Below are positions 36,379 through 50,764 of a stretch of 64,000 bases of DNA, one piece after another; the first letter of the stretch is position 1, and the number at the start of each line of letters is the position of its first letter. A program made the position numbers and the translations under genes. Location of the stretch: the NCBI GenBank assembly GCA_951406725.2, contig OX597824.1:46686001-46750000 (forward strand). Direction: 5' to 3'. The stretch is from Octopus vulgaris (taxonomy: Eukaryota). The notes below the pieces were generated by a model. It was not told the origin of the DNA. It saw only the letters and a list, made by a program, of their open reading frames with translations, and ran no database searches.

Positions 36379-38939
36379 CTGTAACACAAAAAAGACAACT
36401 TATATTTGTACTGATTCCTTTCATTAAACTATTCAGTGTAAATATTTTAAAAAGAAGCAGTTATATATCTTGCTTAAAACTTCAGAAAATTTTTCAAATG
36501 TTGATATTATTCATAGTTATGATCTAGTCTTGCCCAGTGGTACTTATTCATATCCAGATAAACTGGAACATTGGAGAATTAAATATCCTAGATATGGACA
36601 CAATATAATACTAGTGACAAGACACTGTTGCTAATCTCTTTGATTTGGCTAGACACATACAGCTTCAAATTTCACAACTTTTGATTTATACAAACATGTA
36701 TTGGTGCAAAAGAAACTAAGAACTTACTGCATTCAGTCTTTTTGCAAATGTATGTAAAAGTCTCATCCAGAAATTGAAATAGAGTTCTTCAATAGCACAA
36801 TATACAATGATAAATAAGTTACTTCAAGGACTCTTTAATTTAGATGTCTACATGTTAGCATTATTCTTCCTTATTCAAAGTCATTTTCATGTGACAAAGT
36901 TTGGTAACATTTGAAAAATGGCAAGCTGGCAGAGTCATTAGCATGTCAGACAAAATGCTCAATGGAATTTCATCCATCTTTGTGTTTTGAGTTCAAATTC
37001 CACCAAGATCAACATTGCCTTTCATCCTTATGGGGTGGATGAAATAAGTACTAGTTGAATATTGGGGTTGCTGTGATTGACTTACTCACTCCCCTGAAAT
37101 GGCTAGCTTTGTGCCAAAATTTGAAATCCATATTTAAGAATTGTACAGCATCCTGATGTTTAGTTATTACACAGACAGCACTTTAAATAGAATACTTTCT
37201 TCCATCATCATCAACGTCGTAGTTTAACATCCATTTTCCATACTGGCATGGGTTGGACGGTTTGACTGAGGACTGGCAAGCCAGAGGGCTGTACCAGGTT
37301 CCAATCTGACCTGGCAAGGTTTCTACAGCTGGATGCCCTTCCTAACGCCAACCACTCTGAGAGTGTAGTGGGTGCTTTTTACATGCCATGGGCATCAGGG
37401 CCAGTCAGGCGGTACTAGCATCAACCACGCTTGAATGGTGCTTTTTACATGCCACCAGCACAGGAACCAGTCAGGTGGCACTGGCAGCAACCATGCTCAA
37501 ATAGTGCTTTTATACATGCCACCAGCATGGGACCAGTCAGGCGGCACTGGCATCAACCATGCTTGAATGGTGCTTTTTGCATGCCACCAGCACAGGTGCC
37601 AATCAGGCGGAAGTGGCATCGGCTATGACAATGACTTCACTTGACTCAACAGGTCTTCACAAGCATAGTTTATTGCTCATTGGTTGAAGGGTACTCTTAA
37701 ATGGGCTGGTTATGCTGCACTGGCTTGCCAGGTCACAAAATTTTTTTTCCCACGAGAGTTCCGGATCCCAGTAATTAAATCATTTGCATACAGCCAATCA
37801 GAGCAGAGCCACTTTATCCTTTCTTCTTTCTAGTCAGCACCATGCATTCCTTACTCTTCCTTTCTACTGGCAGACAGCAACTTTTTTGTCACTATTGAGA
37901 AAAATTTCACTATCACTACAAGTACTACTGTCTCTAACTACCTGTCGGGCAAATGAATAAACATATGTATATAATATTTATTCCTTCTTGGTGTTGGTCC
38001 TTCGATGTTCACTGGTTATTCCAACGTTGGTACAATAATATACTTGCCCAAACTAAATTGCTGGAGTTATTTCATTTATTTAAAAAAAAATGTTTTTAAA
38101 AAGTTATAGAGGTTTAAAGTTTGATCATTTTCACCCAGTCAGGAAACAAGATTTGGAAGCTGTCATTTTATGCATGACAAAATAGCACATGTTGTCAATA
38201 TCATACATATGTTATCAATATCATATGTATGATAAAGGTAAATCTTTTTGTTTGCTTTGTAACAGTGAAATGTACTTTATCCTGTTCTCAGAGAATCCCC
38301 TTGTAAACACATTTATAGAATGTGTTTATTGTTGCAAACATTGGCAGAAACATACCTTTAGTTCCTATAAGTGATTTGACTGTCTTCTTACAGTTCACTT
38401 CCATTAAATATATCTACTTCCATAACTTTAAGCTTTATTCTATTTCACCTATCGCTCTATTAGTTTTCTGCTAATTTCTTTCTTTCTCTTCCTTCTCTTT
38501 CTGTATACTACATTGATGTTATATCTACTAACAGTTTTTTTTTAAAACTTGATAGCGTTCCCTTCATCATATATGCAGTCATCACATTCTCTTAAGATGT
38601 CTTATTGATGTATTTGGTTTCTTTCTTTCTCTGATAAGAAGGTTGCATTGTTTTACACCATTTTATTCCTTCTGGAATAATACCAATGTTTTCTTCGAAA
38701 CATATGTTGGAGATAAAAAGATTTGAATAACACCTGTGTTTAACTCTATTTATTAATCTATATTATAAAAAAACATTTCACCTAAACCTGGAGTTTCTAC
38801 CTTTATAAGTAGGCTGTTACATCCTTGGTACTTGCGTAAATTTTTGCTACCCTGGTAACTATTTATTTATTTTTCCGTGCCATGCTGAAACACACACACA
38901 AACACATATATATATATAAAGATGTATATATACTTTTAC

Positions 38940-39150
38940 CTTTGTAGCAGTTGACTATGGTGCTGCTACACCAGTCATTGGGTATGACTCCTTCGTATAC
39001 CACCTGGTTATATGGCTGACTACACTATAGCCAACACCACCAGATATTTTAAACATCTCTGCGGTGATTCCTGATGGGCCGGGGGCCTTCCCTGTCTTCA
39101 TACTCTTAATTGCTTTATCTACTAAGGTACTGTTAATTTGGATAGCTCTA
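38940..39150 (-). mobile_element. Internal RTE RT fragment
   Basis: [23 protein letters not shown], paralleling the end of the 63045-64000 element. Confidence 0.75.
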
Positions 39151-39153
39151 TAC

Positions 39154-39187
<34 letters not shown>

Positions 39188-39202
39188 GCATATATAGATA
39201 TA

Positions 39203-39257
<55 letters not shown>

Positions 39258-39350
39258 ATATATATACACATACATACATGTATATATACGTACAAATATT
39301 TATATATACATATAGATCTATATATATACATATAAATCTAAATATATACA

Positions 39351-39402
<52 letters not shown>

Positions 39403-39461
39403 CATCTATACATATACATCTATAAATATACATCTATACATATATATACATACATATGTAT

Positions 39462-39498
<37 letters not shown>

Positions 39499-39663
39499 CA
39501 CATATATATATGCATATATATATATACATACATAAATATATATATTTATATATATATATATACATACATCCATAAATATATATATATATATATATACATA
39601 TGTATATGTATACATATATATATGTACACATATATACACATATATACATGCATACATATATTT

Positions 39664-39706
<43 letters not shown>

Positions 39707-39738
39707 TATATACACACACACATATATATACATATATA
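39151..39738. repeat. Compound (TA)n/(CA)n low-complexity array
   Basis: About 590 bp of TA/TACA repeats. Confidence 0.95.
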
Positions 39739-39739
39739 T

Positions 39740-40338
39740 TATTATTATTATGGCTGCCCCCTCGTTATCGAGTATGGCCATTGCTCGAAGCTTAACTGTT
39801 ACTGGTGCTGTGATCGAATGTGACTTTTTAGCCCAGCTAAAGATCTACAATGTCTTGTACAAAATTGACACCTAAAACCTTTACTGGTAATAGCTGGCTG
39901 TAGTTGTAACTAGGCTTCATGTACCTTTGCATGTCGTTTAAGTCCTCCAGCCAAATTACACTCTCTTCCACATGCCCAACAGATATGATTAGCATGGTGT
40001 GTTACACCACCACCAGTGGCCAGGTTGTCACTTATCTGTCTCGTTTTATGACTACGAAGATGACTCTTGAGTCCAGCTTTACTGAGGCAGTGTCTTGCAC
40101 AGACATTGCATGTCAGCACCAAAGGAAGACCCTTCCCTTCTGGAAGTGTAACAGCGATGCCCTTCCTGACATCCCTCCTTACTTTCTCATGTGTAACTCG
40201 AAATTTCTCAAAAGTGGCTGTCCCCTCATGCACAATCCTTCTCCACCTGCTACGATCAATAGCTATGCCTTCCCATGTGTCAGGAGAGATGCAAGAATCT
40301 CTTAAGGAAGCCTTCAGCAAGTTCTTATACCCCTTTTT
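39740..40338 (-). mobile_element. 3' end of an RTE/BovB-like LINE with three C2H2 zinc fingers, 3' stem-loop and (TAA)n tail
   Basis: WE..A.DRSRWR...EG...FE motif, then CNVC..H..H, CWAC..H..H and, after one in-frame TAG, CQFC..HIRSQH; ctcgataacgag hairpin before the tail. Confidence 0.82.
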
Positions 40339-40685
40339 TGGTTTATGTGTATATGCATATATACATATATATATATATATCTATACATATGCATGTATAC
40401 ACATACACCTATACATATATATATGTATATATTTATGTATGTAAGTGTGTTTATGTTTGTCCTCCACTACCACCACCACTTGTGTTTTCATCCTTGTAAC
40501 TTAGTAGTTTGGCAAAAAGAGACCAGTAGAATAAATACCAGGCTTAAAATAAAATAAAAATAAGTACTGGGGTTAATTCATTCACATAAAATTCTTCATA
40601 GCAGTGCCCCAGCATGGCCACAGTCTAAAATGACTGAAAGAAGAAAAAGATAAAAGATATAAAGAATGTGTCAGTAGAGTCTTAC

Positions 40686-40828
40686 CTTCAACTTCTACAT
40701 GATTAAATATTTTAATCATTTGAGCAAGAGCTTTGGTCTGGAGTCCTTCAATTACAATTAAGTGCAGATTTTGGTCTACGAAATGGAACCCTGTGATTAT
40801 GTCTAATGTACGATCAGCTAGTTGTTGG
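40686..40828 (-). CDS. CFAP92: CFAP92-like exon 7 (QQLADRTLDIITGFHFVDQNLHLIVIEGL...)
   Basis: Acceptor tttaatgcag, donor gtaaga; 143 nt, phase 2-1; LD..TGFH..D...HL...EGL motif. Confidence 0.88.
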
Positions 40829-42796
40829 CTGCATTAAAAAGAAAAAAATGAATATTGTAATTTTCTAAAATTCAGGATGTGTAAAGAATTTATATTAGTT
40901 TTACGTTTTGCCTTTGTATGAATTGAGGAAACTATGTAGTTAGATCATTGTCTTTAAGTAGCCACAACAGTAGTAATAATCCTTTCTATTAAAGACACAA
41001 GGCCTGAAATATTAGGGGAGGAGACTAGTCAATTACTTCAACTCCAGTGCATAACTGGTTCTTAATTTATTGACCCCCCAAAAGGATGAAAGGCAAAGTC
41101 GACCTCAGTAGAATTTGAACTCAGAATGTAAAGACAGACAAAGCACCATTAAGCATTTTGCCTAGTGTGCTAACAATTCTGCCAGATCCCTGCCTTACAA
41201 CAGTAGTAATAATAATGAACTTATTGTATACATAAACCATGACTTTCTGCTTATTTTGAATGGCTTTAAATTATTATACACTGACTCAGTACTATGTGGT
41301 TCACAATGCAAAGATTCCCTCCCCTACATTCAAATAAGTGGAACTATAGTAAAGAGGAAGGCAATATGCTCTAGCATTGTTAAGGACATGCTTCAATTAT
41401 TTTTTTAAGTTGTATAAAATAAGTAAAATAATGATGAATACACACATGCTCTTTTACTCTTTTACTTGTTTGAGTCATTTGACAGTGGCAATGCTGGAGC
41501 ACCAACTTTAGTGGAGCAAATCCACCCAGGATTTATTCTTTGTAAGCCTAGTACTTATTCTATTGGTCTCTTTTGCCAAACAGCTAAGTTACAGGGACGT
41601 AAACACACCACCATCGGTTGTCAAGCGATGATGAGGAGACAAACACAGACACACAAACACACAAACACACACACACACACACACACATACATATATACAT
41701 ATATACTATGGGCTTCTTTCAGTTTCCGTCTACCAAATCCACTCACAAGGCTTTGGTCGGCCCAAGGCTATAGTAGAAGACACTTGCCCAAGGTGCCACG
41801 CAGTGGGACTGAACCCGGAACCATGTGGTTGATAAGCAAGCTATTTACCACACAGCCACTCCTACACCTTTGTACAAGATGAACAAATGAATCATAATAA
41901 TAATAATAATAATAACCCTGTCTACCATAGGCCCAAGGCCTGGAATTATGGGGGAGGGGGATAGTCATTTACATCGACTCCAGTGTTTCACTGGTACTTA
42001 ATTTATTGACTCTGGTTATATAAATGTCAAATATTCTAGTGTGGGATTTTTGGCCCACCCATGTACATGACTACCTTGCATTATATAAGAGTAGGTGGGA
42101 CTGTATATAGTAATATCTATAGGGTTTTCTGGAGAAAAGTAACTGAATCTGCATGGGTTTCAGATATGAATACTCATTTTTTTTTCAACTGATCTCCTGT
42201 CCATTGAATTTGTGTGTGATTGGCTGATACAGTAAGTTCCCTTAGAATAATTCTTAGGTAGAATCAGCAAGATACAGTATGACAAATCTGAACTTTAAAT
42301 TAACACTTTTGCCCTTTTGTTACCATATTTCCATTGAAATACACTGCCTTTGATTCAACAAATTTTATAAATAATGAAAAATTTAGCAAAGTAACTATAT
42401 CATTATTAATCTGATATTTGGAACAAAAATTACCATAAAAATACCATAAAATTTTGATGAAAGGTTTTAATTTAGATCACTTAAAAATGGGGAATTTGTG
42501 TAATAGAATCAGGGGAGGTTTCAGTCAGGTTGGTATCAAAAGGGTTAAGGTACAATCCTCAAACAAGCTTCTGCACACTTTCTGTCAATCCAGTTTCAAT
42601 CACAAAGCTTGGGTCAATTCTAGAATAAGTCTCTTGCTCAAGATGCTACATAAGTGGAATTGAACCCAAAACCTCATGATTTGGAGGTAAACTTCTCAAA
42701 CATTCCCAACCATATGGTTGCAGGTTCAGTCCCACTGTGTAGCACCTTGGGCAAGTGCTTTCTACAATAGCCCCAGGCTAACATAAGCTATATACA

Positions 42797-43838
42797 CAGG
42801 GTGCATAAGATATTTGAGGACAGATTTATGTTCATAAAAAAAAAACAGATATATAATAACAGGTAACTTTATTTATCAAAAAATGCTATGTGTATAAAAA
42901 TAAACTTTCTTTTCTATAATGTTATTCAATAAAGTCATCTTCAGCTTCAACAACTGCTTTTATATGAGATCTAAATCATCTACATGCTCAAATCAAATGG
43001 TCCTGGTTCATTTTGGACATTACTCTGACTATGGCAGCTTTCATAGAATCTTTGACATTGTGGACATGTTCATTGACCTCTCTCTCAACAATGCTCCACA
43101 TGTAATAGTCCAATGGATTGAGATCTGGGGAATTAGGAGGCCAAATGTTAGGGGTTATGTGATCATGAAAATTTTCAGCCATCCATTCCTGTGTTACTAG
43201 AGCCATGTGTGATAGTGCAGAGTCTTACTGAAACACATGTGACCTTCCACCGCATACAGTGTCTATCCAGGGCTTAACAATTATTTCCAGGACCTTAAAA
43301 TCAAATCTTCTGCTGGAATTTTCAGTTTGTTTAAAAGCCTTTTAGATCTGATGTAGTGATTCTCTTTTGCTTTTTCTAACAAATTGACCTTTCCTCATCA
43401 TATAAGACTTATAGCTGATGTCTTCATGGACAGCATTTCTGACTGTTCCTTCTGACAAATGGAGATCTTTTCAGTTGACCTCACATGGTCTTTCTGGCAT
43501 TGTAATCAATGGTCTGTTGAACTTGCTAGACATTACTCAAGTGTTCTGATTATTTCAGAGCATTTAAAACGCTTTTCATGCTGGTGATACATTTCCATCT
43601 TCAGTCTCTAGCTCCTTGCAAATTTTGTAGATGAAAGATCTGGTAACTTTTAAAATGCAAGATATTTCTAAATCACTATTCCCAGTCTTTATACCCACAA
43701 TAACAGCATGCCTCTTCATTTCTTGAGCAAGCTGAGGGTCTGCCATTATTATTTTCTGAAACGAAGATTATACAAAGTTAGCAAAAAATGCAGCAATGAC
43801 CCAAAAAAGGTATGTCCTCAAATACCTTATGCACCCTG
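42797..43838 (-). mobile_element. Internally deleted Tc1/mariner-superfamily element (maT/DD37D-like)
   Basis: TIRs cagggtgcataag.tatttgaggaca / tgtcctcaaataccttatgcaccctg; WPPNSPDLNPLDYYMW motif at ~43140-43090. Confidence 0.85.
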
Positions 43839-43851
43839 TATAAATAAATAA

Positions 43852-43893
<42 letters not shown>

Positions 43894-44423
43894 ACACACA
43901 CACACACACACATACATACAGACATAGTTTCATGCATATAGTTTTTACATATCAAAATCAAAACTACAATTTCAGATTCTAAAATCAACATGCTGCAATT
44001 AATTCAACACCTTCTGGTAACAAGGTCAAAACTATAGTTCCTTCTCCTGCTCCTCCTCCTCTCCCTCCATTATCATCATTGTCAATGTCACCAACTCTAC
44101 CACTACTATCACTGCTACTGTTGCTGTTGTTATCATCATCATCGTTTTAGCACTTAATTTTCCATATCGAAATAATGTTTTCAGTTTTATTTGATGGGAC
44201 CACCAGAGCGCTGTATACAATAAATTCATTATTATAGCACCTACTGCTCCACATCATCAGATAAAACCTACAATTTTACATTTTAACATAACAACTAGTG
44301 GATTATCACCGCTATTTATTAATGGCAATGAAATAAATAACAGTATTTTTTTGATATATCTAAAATGCTAAAAAGAAACACATTGCAATATAAAAAAAGT
44401 ATTTTTTTAAAGTATATAAAATA

Positions 44424-44937
44424 CAGGGTATCCCAGAATTAATTATCTATTTCAACGAAATCAAGCAAATTTAAAAACAAAAACTAATAGAATTTTATAC
44501 TTATTTGTTAATTATGACACCAAAACAAATAGATTTATAAATCTTATGTCAAAAATTTATTGAAAATTTTAAACATGTGCTTTGTCTGTAACACTGCAAA
44601 TTTCAAATGCATCCTTAGTGTTGTGAAACACATTTTGAAGCATGTCAGGGTTATTTCCTGCACTTGCTAACTGAATGTGTTAAGTTTAGCTAAACTATTG
44701 TTCCAACCTGGGGTTAGAGGTAGAGAAAATAATTGCAGCCAAATTGAAAGAAAAAAAATGTCATGAACAGATAGATGGGATCCAACAGGAATAAAAATAA
44801 AATTATAAAATCATGAATAAAATTAAAAATATAAACACGTTGACACATAATTAAACATGATAAACAGAAATATAAGTGCGTTTTTAAAAACATTATCCAA
44901 TTTCACCGAAATTGCTTGTTAGTTCTGGGACATCCTG
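44424..44937. mobile_element. Tc1-type MITE
   Basis: TA-cagggtatcccagaatta ... tagttctgggacatcctg-TA inverted termini. Confidence 0.7.
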
Positions 44938-45451
44938 TATACTGATTAGGACTATGCAACTGAAACAACTCTTCAATGTAAGCATTACCAATACCACCTA
45001 CTTAATATAAGTGTGTTGTTTAAACACCAGAAGCTGCAGTTTGCATTGTGTTTTTAACATTATACATTACTGAAGAGATTTTTCCTGGACAACAAACTGC
45101 AGCTTCTGATGTTTAAACACTACATGTTTGCTTCAGTTGCATAATTTGAATTCTAATTGTGCAGCAACATTGCAAGTGAGCAAATAGTTTTTACACTATC
45201 TGTATATACTTCAGGCAAGAGATTTCAATTTCATTTCAGAAGTGACTCAAGTGCACAGTACTGATAAGCTGCAAATACAATGGCATATATTTTTACTGCT
45301 TCCTTGATCACCTTCAGGGTGATTTTGGTACGCTTAGTTCTGAAGTATATTTTAGTCTTTAACACTGTACATGTTTAAAGGGATATTTTCCTTCACAACA
45401 AATCACAACTTCTGGCTTTTAAACAACACAGATACATTAAGTATGTGGCAT

Positions 45452-45507
<56 letters not shown>

Positions 45508-45638
45508 TATACTGTATATAAAATATATAAAACATAAACACACCAAAATATATTTAAAATTAAAAAAAAAACCTCATTAACATAGAGCCAACAGCACCCC
45601 TATTAAGAATCAGAGATTAAATGTACATATTTCTCTAC

Positions 45639-45799
45639 CTGCTTAAAATGTATGTTGACAGGACTGAAACCATGACATGCTCTACAAGATTATCAAAACC
45701 AAGTTGTTTTGCATTCAATTTGGCTACTGTTAGCAAGACATTATGGACATATTCTTTACATTTTTCATCAATCTTGAATATCACTCTACTGAAAAGACA
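45639..45799 (-). CDS. CFAP92: CFAP92-like exon 6 (CLFSRVIFKID...LNAKQLGF...LSTYILS)
   Basis: Acceptor gattctgcag, donor gtagag; 161 nt, phase 0-2; C.F.R.I and NAK.LG motifs. Confidence 0.85.
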
Positions 45800-46389
45800 C
45801 TGCAGAATCAAAAGCAAATGAGATGGTTTAAGAATTAAATTTATCAAATATATATATTACATTATATACTATGCATACACACATACATAAAGATTATATA
45901 TACATGCATATACATATATGTATATATAGTGTATTGTTCTGTGATGGTAAAATCAACAAGAAAAGTCATCCATCTAGTGAGTGATAAATGTTATTTAATA
46001 AACACAATATGTTTTTATGTGCTACTGTTAGTTTCATGTTAGACAATATTTTTTAACACATCTGGCACTGCTCACATGAAATAACAAACTAAAATGGAGT
46101 GATAGGATGAGAGAAAAAGTGAGAAAAGACAAGAAAGAAGTAGATAAAAAGGTGGAAGTATGAAAAACTAGAAAATGAAAAAGAAAATAGTAAGAAGCAA
46201 AAGTGGGGAGGGAGAATTATAGTTATCTCCCCTTTGAACATAAAATACAAGGCAGAAAAGATAGTGGCTTGGAGTCTGTTGTACAGCTGTTCAATCTGGA
46301 GAAGGTGGCAATTTCCAATTTGTCAACAGGAACTTAGTTATATGCTTACAACTGCTGAAAATTTTGGATCTAGAACTCAGTAGTGTGTC

Positions 46390-46760
46390 AGATTTCTTAG
46401 ATCTGAAAAGGATCTGAGTTCTTTAAGCTATGCAAAGCTTAACTTTTTTTGATCAATTAACATATGGTATGGGTTTTTTGATTATTTATCGTTTTATTGT
46501 ATGTGGTATGGTACTCAACTTCAAATCCCATACGTGGCTAGCCAACTTAGTAGCTTCACTTTTGTCCCTGTGTTAGAAGGAAGATATGTGATTAGCATAG
46601 CGATTTTTTAATTTGCTTTCACATAGTCCAGTATAGCTCTTCTTACTGGTTATGTTATCATCTGGTGTTGCTGTAGCTTCTGCCTCATATATTATGGGTT
46701 TAATCATACATTCCTGGTCAAGTGGACAGGTTTCTGGGTCTCACACAAAGGGAAAGTGGG
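46390..46760 (-). mobile_element. Penelope-like element GIY-YIG endonuclease remnant
   Basis: Manual translation CPLDQECMIKPIIYEA...SYTGLCESKLKNRYANHISSF*HRDKSEATKLASHVWDLK fits the Penelope GIY-YIG pattern; absent from the ORF track. Confidence 0.8.
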
Positions 46761-47545
46761 GGGAGCAACCAAATTATTTTCCTAGGTTTATTTTTAAGTT
46801 TATTATTAATATTATTATTATTATTAATATTAGAGAGGTAATATATTAAGTTATCCTTAAAACCACTATTGGCTAGAGCATTGGTGTAGTATGGGGCTGC
46901 CTTCTTGGAAATTTCTTTAGAGGAAGAGAGGTTAAAAACTCTGTTACTAATTGCAATGTTATTATTGCTGCTTAGTGCCCCCCGCTCTGTAATTCTGTTA
47001 TTAAATGTTAGCCATCAGGTTTTTAAATATTAAACTCCTGAATTCATTTCCTAATATGTTTATGCTTTTTTGTTGGTAATGATTTGCTGTGTATGTATAA
47101 ATAAATGTAAATGCTTTCTCAAATAAAATTGCACTTCATGTTTGCAGCTCCAATGAAGCTATATACACAAGCATTCAACTATGAGGGCACTGCATCTTAT
47201 GGCAGAAGCAGCTGTAAGTTAATGAAGTTCATGACATAATTTCTTTTCAGTTGTTATTTTTATTTCTTACTGCTCTGTACTCAGCTGATACTTTGTTCTG
47301 AAGCATATGTATATCGAGTTGTAACATTGTAAGACCAGGTTGTTAGTATTGTTATGCCTAAGCAAAATAATAATAATAATAATAATAATAATACACAGCC
47401 AAAATAATCAGGCAAGTATCAGATAGCTGAAAAGAATGAATAGTATGGTACTGTAGGCTGCAGGTAGCAAACCCATTATGCATGCAAGACTCCAGGAGCT
47501 CCAACAAAACCTGTGATGAAGAGAAATAATAATAATAATAATATT

Positions 47546-47613
<68 letters not shown>

Positions 47614-47625
47614 TAATAATAATAA

Positions 47626-50128
47626 TTTGGGCAGAAGAAAAAACACACAACGAAAAGGCCCCCTGGATTGACAGAATAACTACAGAACTGGACCCCTTAG
47701 AAGAGCAAAAGTAGGAGGGTGTCAAGGTAGAAGATATAAGATCTGCTCTCAGGAGGTCAAGCAAATGGAAGTCTCCAGGAAAGGATAAAATTCCTAACTT
47801 CTGGCTGAATGCCTTCCCAGAGAGCCATGAACTGCTAACAGAACTGTACAATGATGTTTTGCAACGCCCTAGTAGGATGCCTCCTTGGCTAGTTAATGGG
47901 TTAACATTCCTGCTTCCAAAAAGTGAAGAAACAAATGAACCAAAAAACTATAGACCCATAACCTGCTTAACAACTATGTACAAAACGCTAACATCTGTCC
48001 TGACAGAATATACATATAGTTTTTTAACAGACAGCAGCATATTCCCTAATGAACAGAAAGGATGTAAACGTGGATCCTACGGCTGTAAAGATCAACTACT
48101 CATCAATAAGATGATCTTAGAAGACTGTCACAAACGACGCAAAAACTTATCAATAGCCTGGATAGACTATAAAAAGGCTTTTGATAGCCTACCACATAGC
48201 TGGATTAAGAAATGCCTGGAAATGTATAAGATAGCTCCTACTCTGCGAAACTTTTTGACTGTAAGTATGAGATCATGGAGAACCACACTAACTTTGAACA
48301 GTGACAATGAATCTCTAAACGCTGGAGATGTAAAAATTTCATGTGGCATTTTCCAGGGTGACTCACTATCACCACTTCTCTTTTGTTTAGCCTTAATACC
48401 TCTCTCAAAACTGCTCAATGACGCGTAGTACGGGTATAAAATGTTTGATAAAAATATAAATCATCTCATTTACATGGATGATTTAAAGCTCTTTGCAAAA
48501 AATGACCAACAACTCAAGGGCTTACTAGCGATAGTCAAACAATTCAGTGACGACATCAGAATGCAATTCGGCCTCGATAAATGTGCAAAAGCTACCTTTA
48601 GCAAAGGAAAAATGACAGAAACATCTAACGTTAACCTTGACCAGCAGAATGTCATAAAAGAACTAGACCCAGCAGAGAGCTACAAGTACCTAGGGGTAAT
48701 TGAAGGGAACGGAATAAGGCATTCAGAGATGAAGGAAAGGATCAGGAGAGAATGCTATCGATGAGTGAGAGCAATACTCAAGACAGAGCTGAATGCAAGA
48801 AACAGGATCGAAGCGATCAATGCATTGGCCATACCAGTCGTGACTTACAGTTTCAATATCGTTAACTGGTCAATTACTGAAATATGTCAGCTCGACAGAA
48901 AAATAAGAAAACTGTTGACAATGCATAGAATGCGCCACCCTAAGGCAGATACAGAACGACTTTATCTGCCAAGAAAAGAGGGGCCGTGGTCTTTTGCAAC
49001 TGGCAATAACAATGAAGATTGCTACAATTGGCCTAGACACCTACCTGAAAAAGTCTGAGGACTGGATGTTAAAACTTGTCTCAAAACATGAAAACAAGAA
49101 AGCATCATACTCAGTAACAAAACAGGCAAAGGGATATCTAAGTGAATTCCGAATACAACCAATTTCGGAATTGGAGATAGACATACAAGAAACAAGCACA
49201 GAAAAAGCTAGGCGCATGAAAACCCATACTAAAACTGCGGCCTTAGATATTCTGAATAATAAATGGCAAGAAAAACCTCTCTATGGCAAATACCCAAAGA
49301 GAGCGAATAATGCAGATATTGACAAAGCCCTGACCCATCAATGGCTAATGGCCTCTGGCTTGAAATCTGAAACAGAGGGGTTTATCATAGCAGCTCAAGA
49401 TCAATGCCTACCAACAAGAAACTACCAGGCCAACATATTAAAGAACGGCAGTAGCCCAACATGTCATGTATGCCGACAACAAAATGAAACCATTGATCAT
49501 GTTGTCTCCAAATGCAGTCTTCTAGCGCCTACAGAGTACCTCAACAGGCATGATAGAGCTGCACAATATATTCACTGGGTAATTTGCAAAAACCTGGATT
49601 TGCCCCATGAAAAAAACTGGTGGGAACACAATCCACCGCCAGTGCTTGAAAATGACCACATCTCACTCCTCTGGAACTTCACCATTCAAACTGACAGAAA
49701 GATAGATGCAAATAGGCCAGACATCATATTGAAAGACTTCAGACAAAGAACATGCCTTCTCATTGATATGACTGTCCCAATCGATATAAACGTATCTGTC
49801 AAGACCTACCAAAAACTGAGCAAATATAAAGATCTTGAAATAGAAATCAGCAAAATGTGGAAGCTGAAGACTAAAACAATACCTGTTGTCATAGGTGCCC
49901 TGGGAATGATAGCGAAAGGGACTGATTGCTATTGCTCATATCCTACGCAAAATACTCTCTATGTAATCCCAAGGTTTAAAACAAACTTTTTTTTTCTTTT
50001 TTCTTTTTATGTATTAGACATTCACTAGTACAACACCAAAAGAAAACCCAAATATATGGCACACTATGCATAACAACAACATGAACTTCCAACCTGTTAC
50101 AGACATAAAGCAAAAGTCAAACAAAGAA
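47626..50128 (+). mobile_element. 5'-truncated R4/Dong-clade non-LTR retrotransposon (RT + CCHC + restriction-like endonuclease), inactivated
   Basis: NYRPITCL, WIDYKKAFDS, GIFQGDSLSPLLF, YMDDLKL, CHVC..ETIDHVVSKC, RHD, NRPDI, IDMTVP, KLSKYKDL; stops at 48426 and 48762, frameshift ~48980; (TAA)n on both sides. Confidence 0.9.
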
Positions 50129-50183
50129 TAATTATAATAATAATAATGATAATAATAATAATAATGATAATAATAATAATAAT

Positions 50184-50720
50184 AAATGCCTTGATGCAGT
50201 ACCAGGCAGTGGCTCTCATGGTTTCTGATCTTAACTGATTGGAAGTGTTATCATGTACATTGTTTTGTCTTGGTATGAAAGATGGGCTACAACAAATATT
50301 CTGCTCAATACCACAGATTTGCTTGTCAATTGTTTGACCTTAACCTGTTGAGCATGTCCTTTAGTGGCAGACGATATGAGCATCTATGATCATGAGCAGA
50401 AGTAGTGGGGGAGAATCATAGCCATGTGTTGAGAGGGATTCTTTGGGGTTTGAATAATTCACCTCTGGAAAACACGGGTGTTTCGTTCAACATCCTTAAA
50501 CAACCCTTATTCAGGGACCTTTTGAGTGGGATAGGTTTCTCGACCAGAAGAAAATTCTAACTGGGCCCCACCTGCAAGGTCATGTGCTGTTTATCTTGAT
50601 ATGAGATCACCATGTTGCGCACATATGGTTGTGATGCATGTGCCTTATCAGACGGGTAGTCATGATGGGTATATATTTTACCCCAGTGTCACTTTGATGG
50701 CATGCACTGCTCTCTCACTC
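50184..50720 (+). repeat. Copy 3 of the ~550-bp repeat, embedded in (TAA)n
   Basis: Reverse complement of 13649-14205. Confidence 0.85.
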
Positions 50721-50763
<43 letters not shown>

Positions 50764-50764
<1 letters not shown>

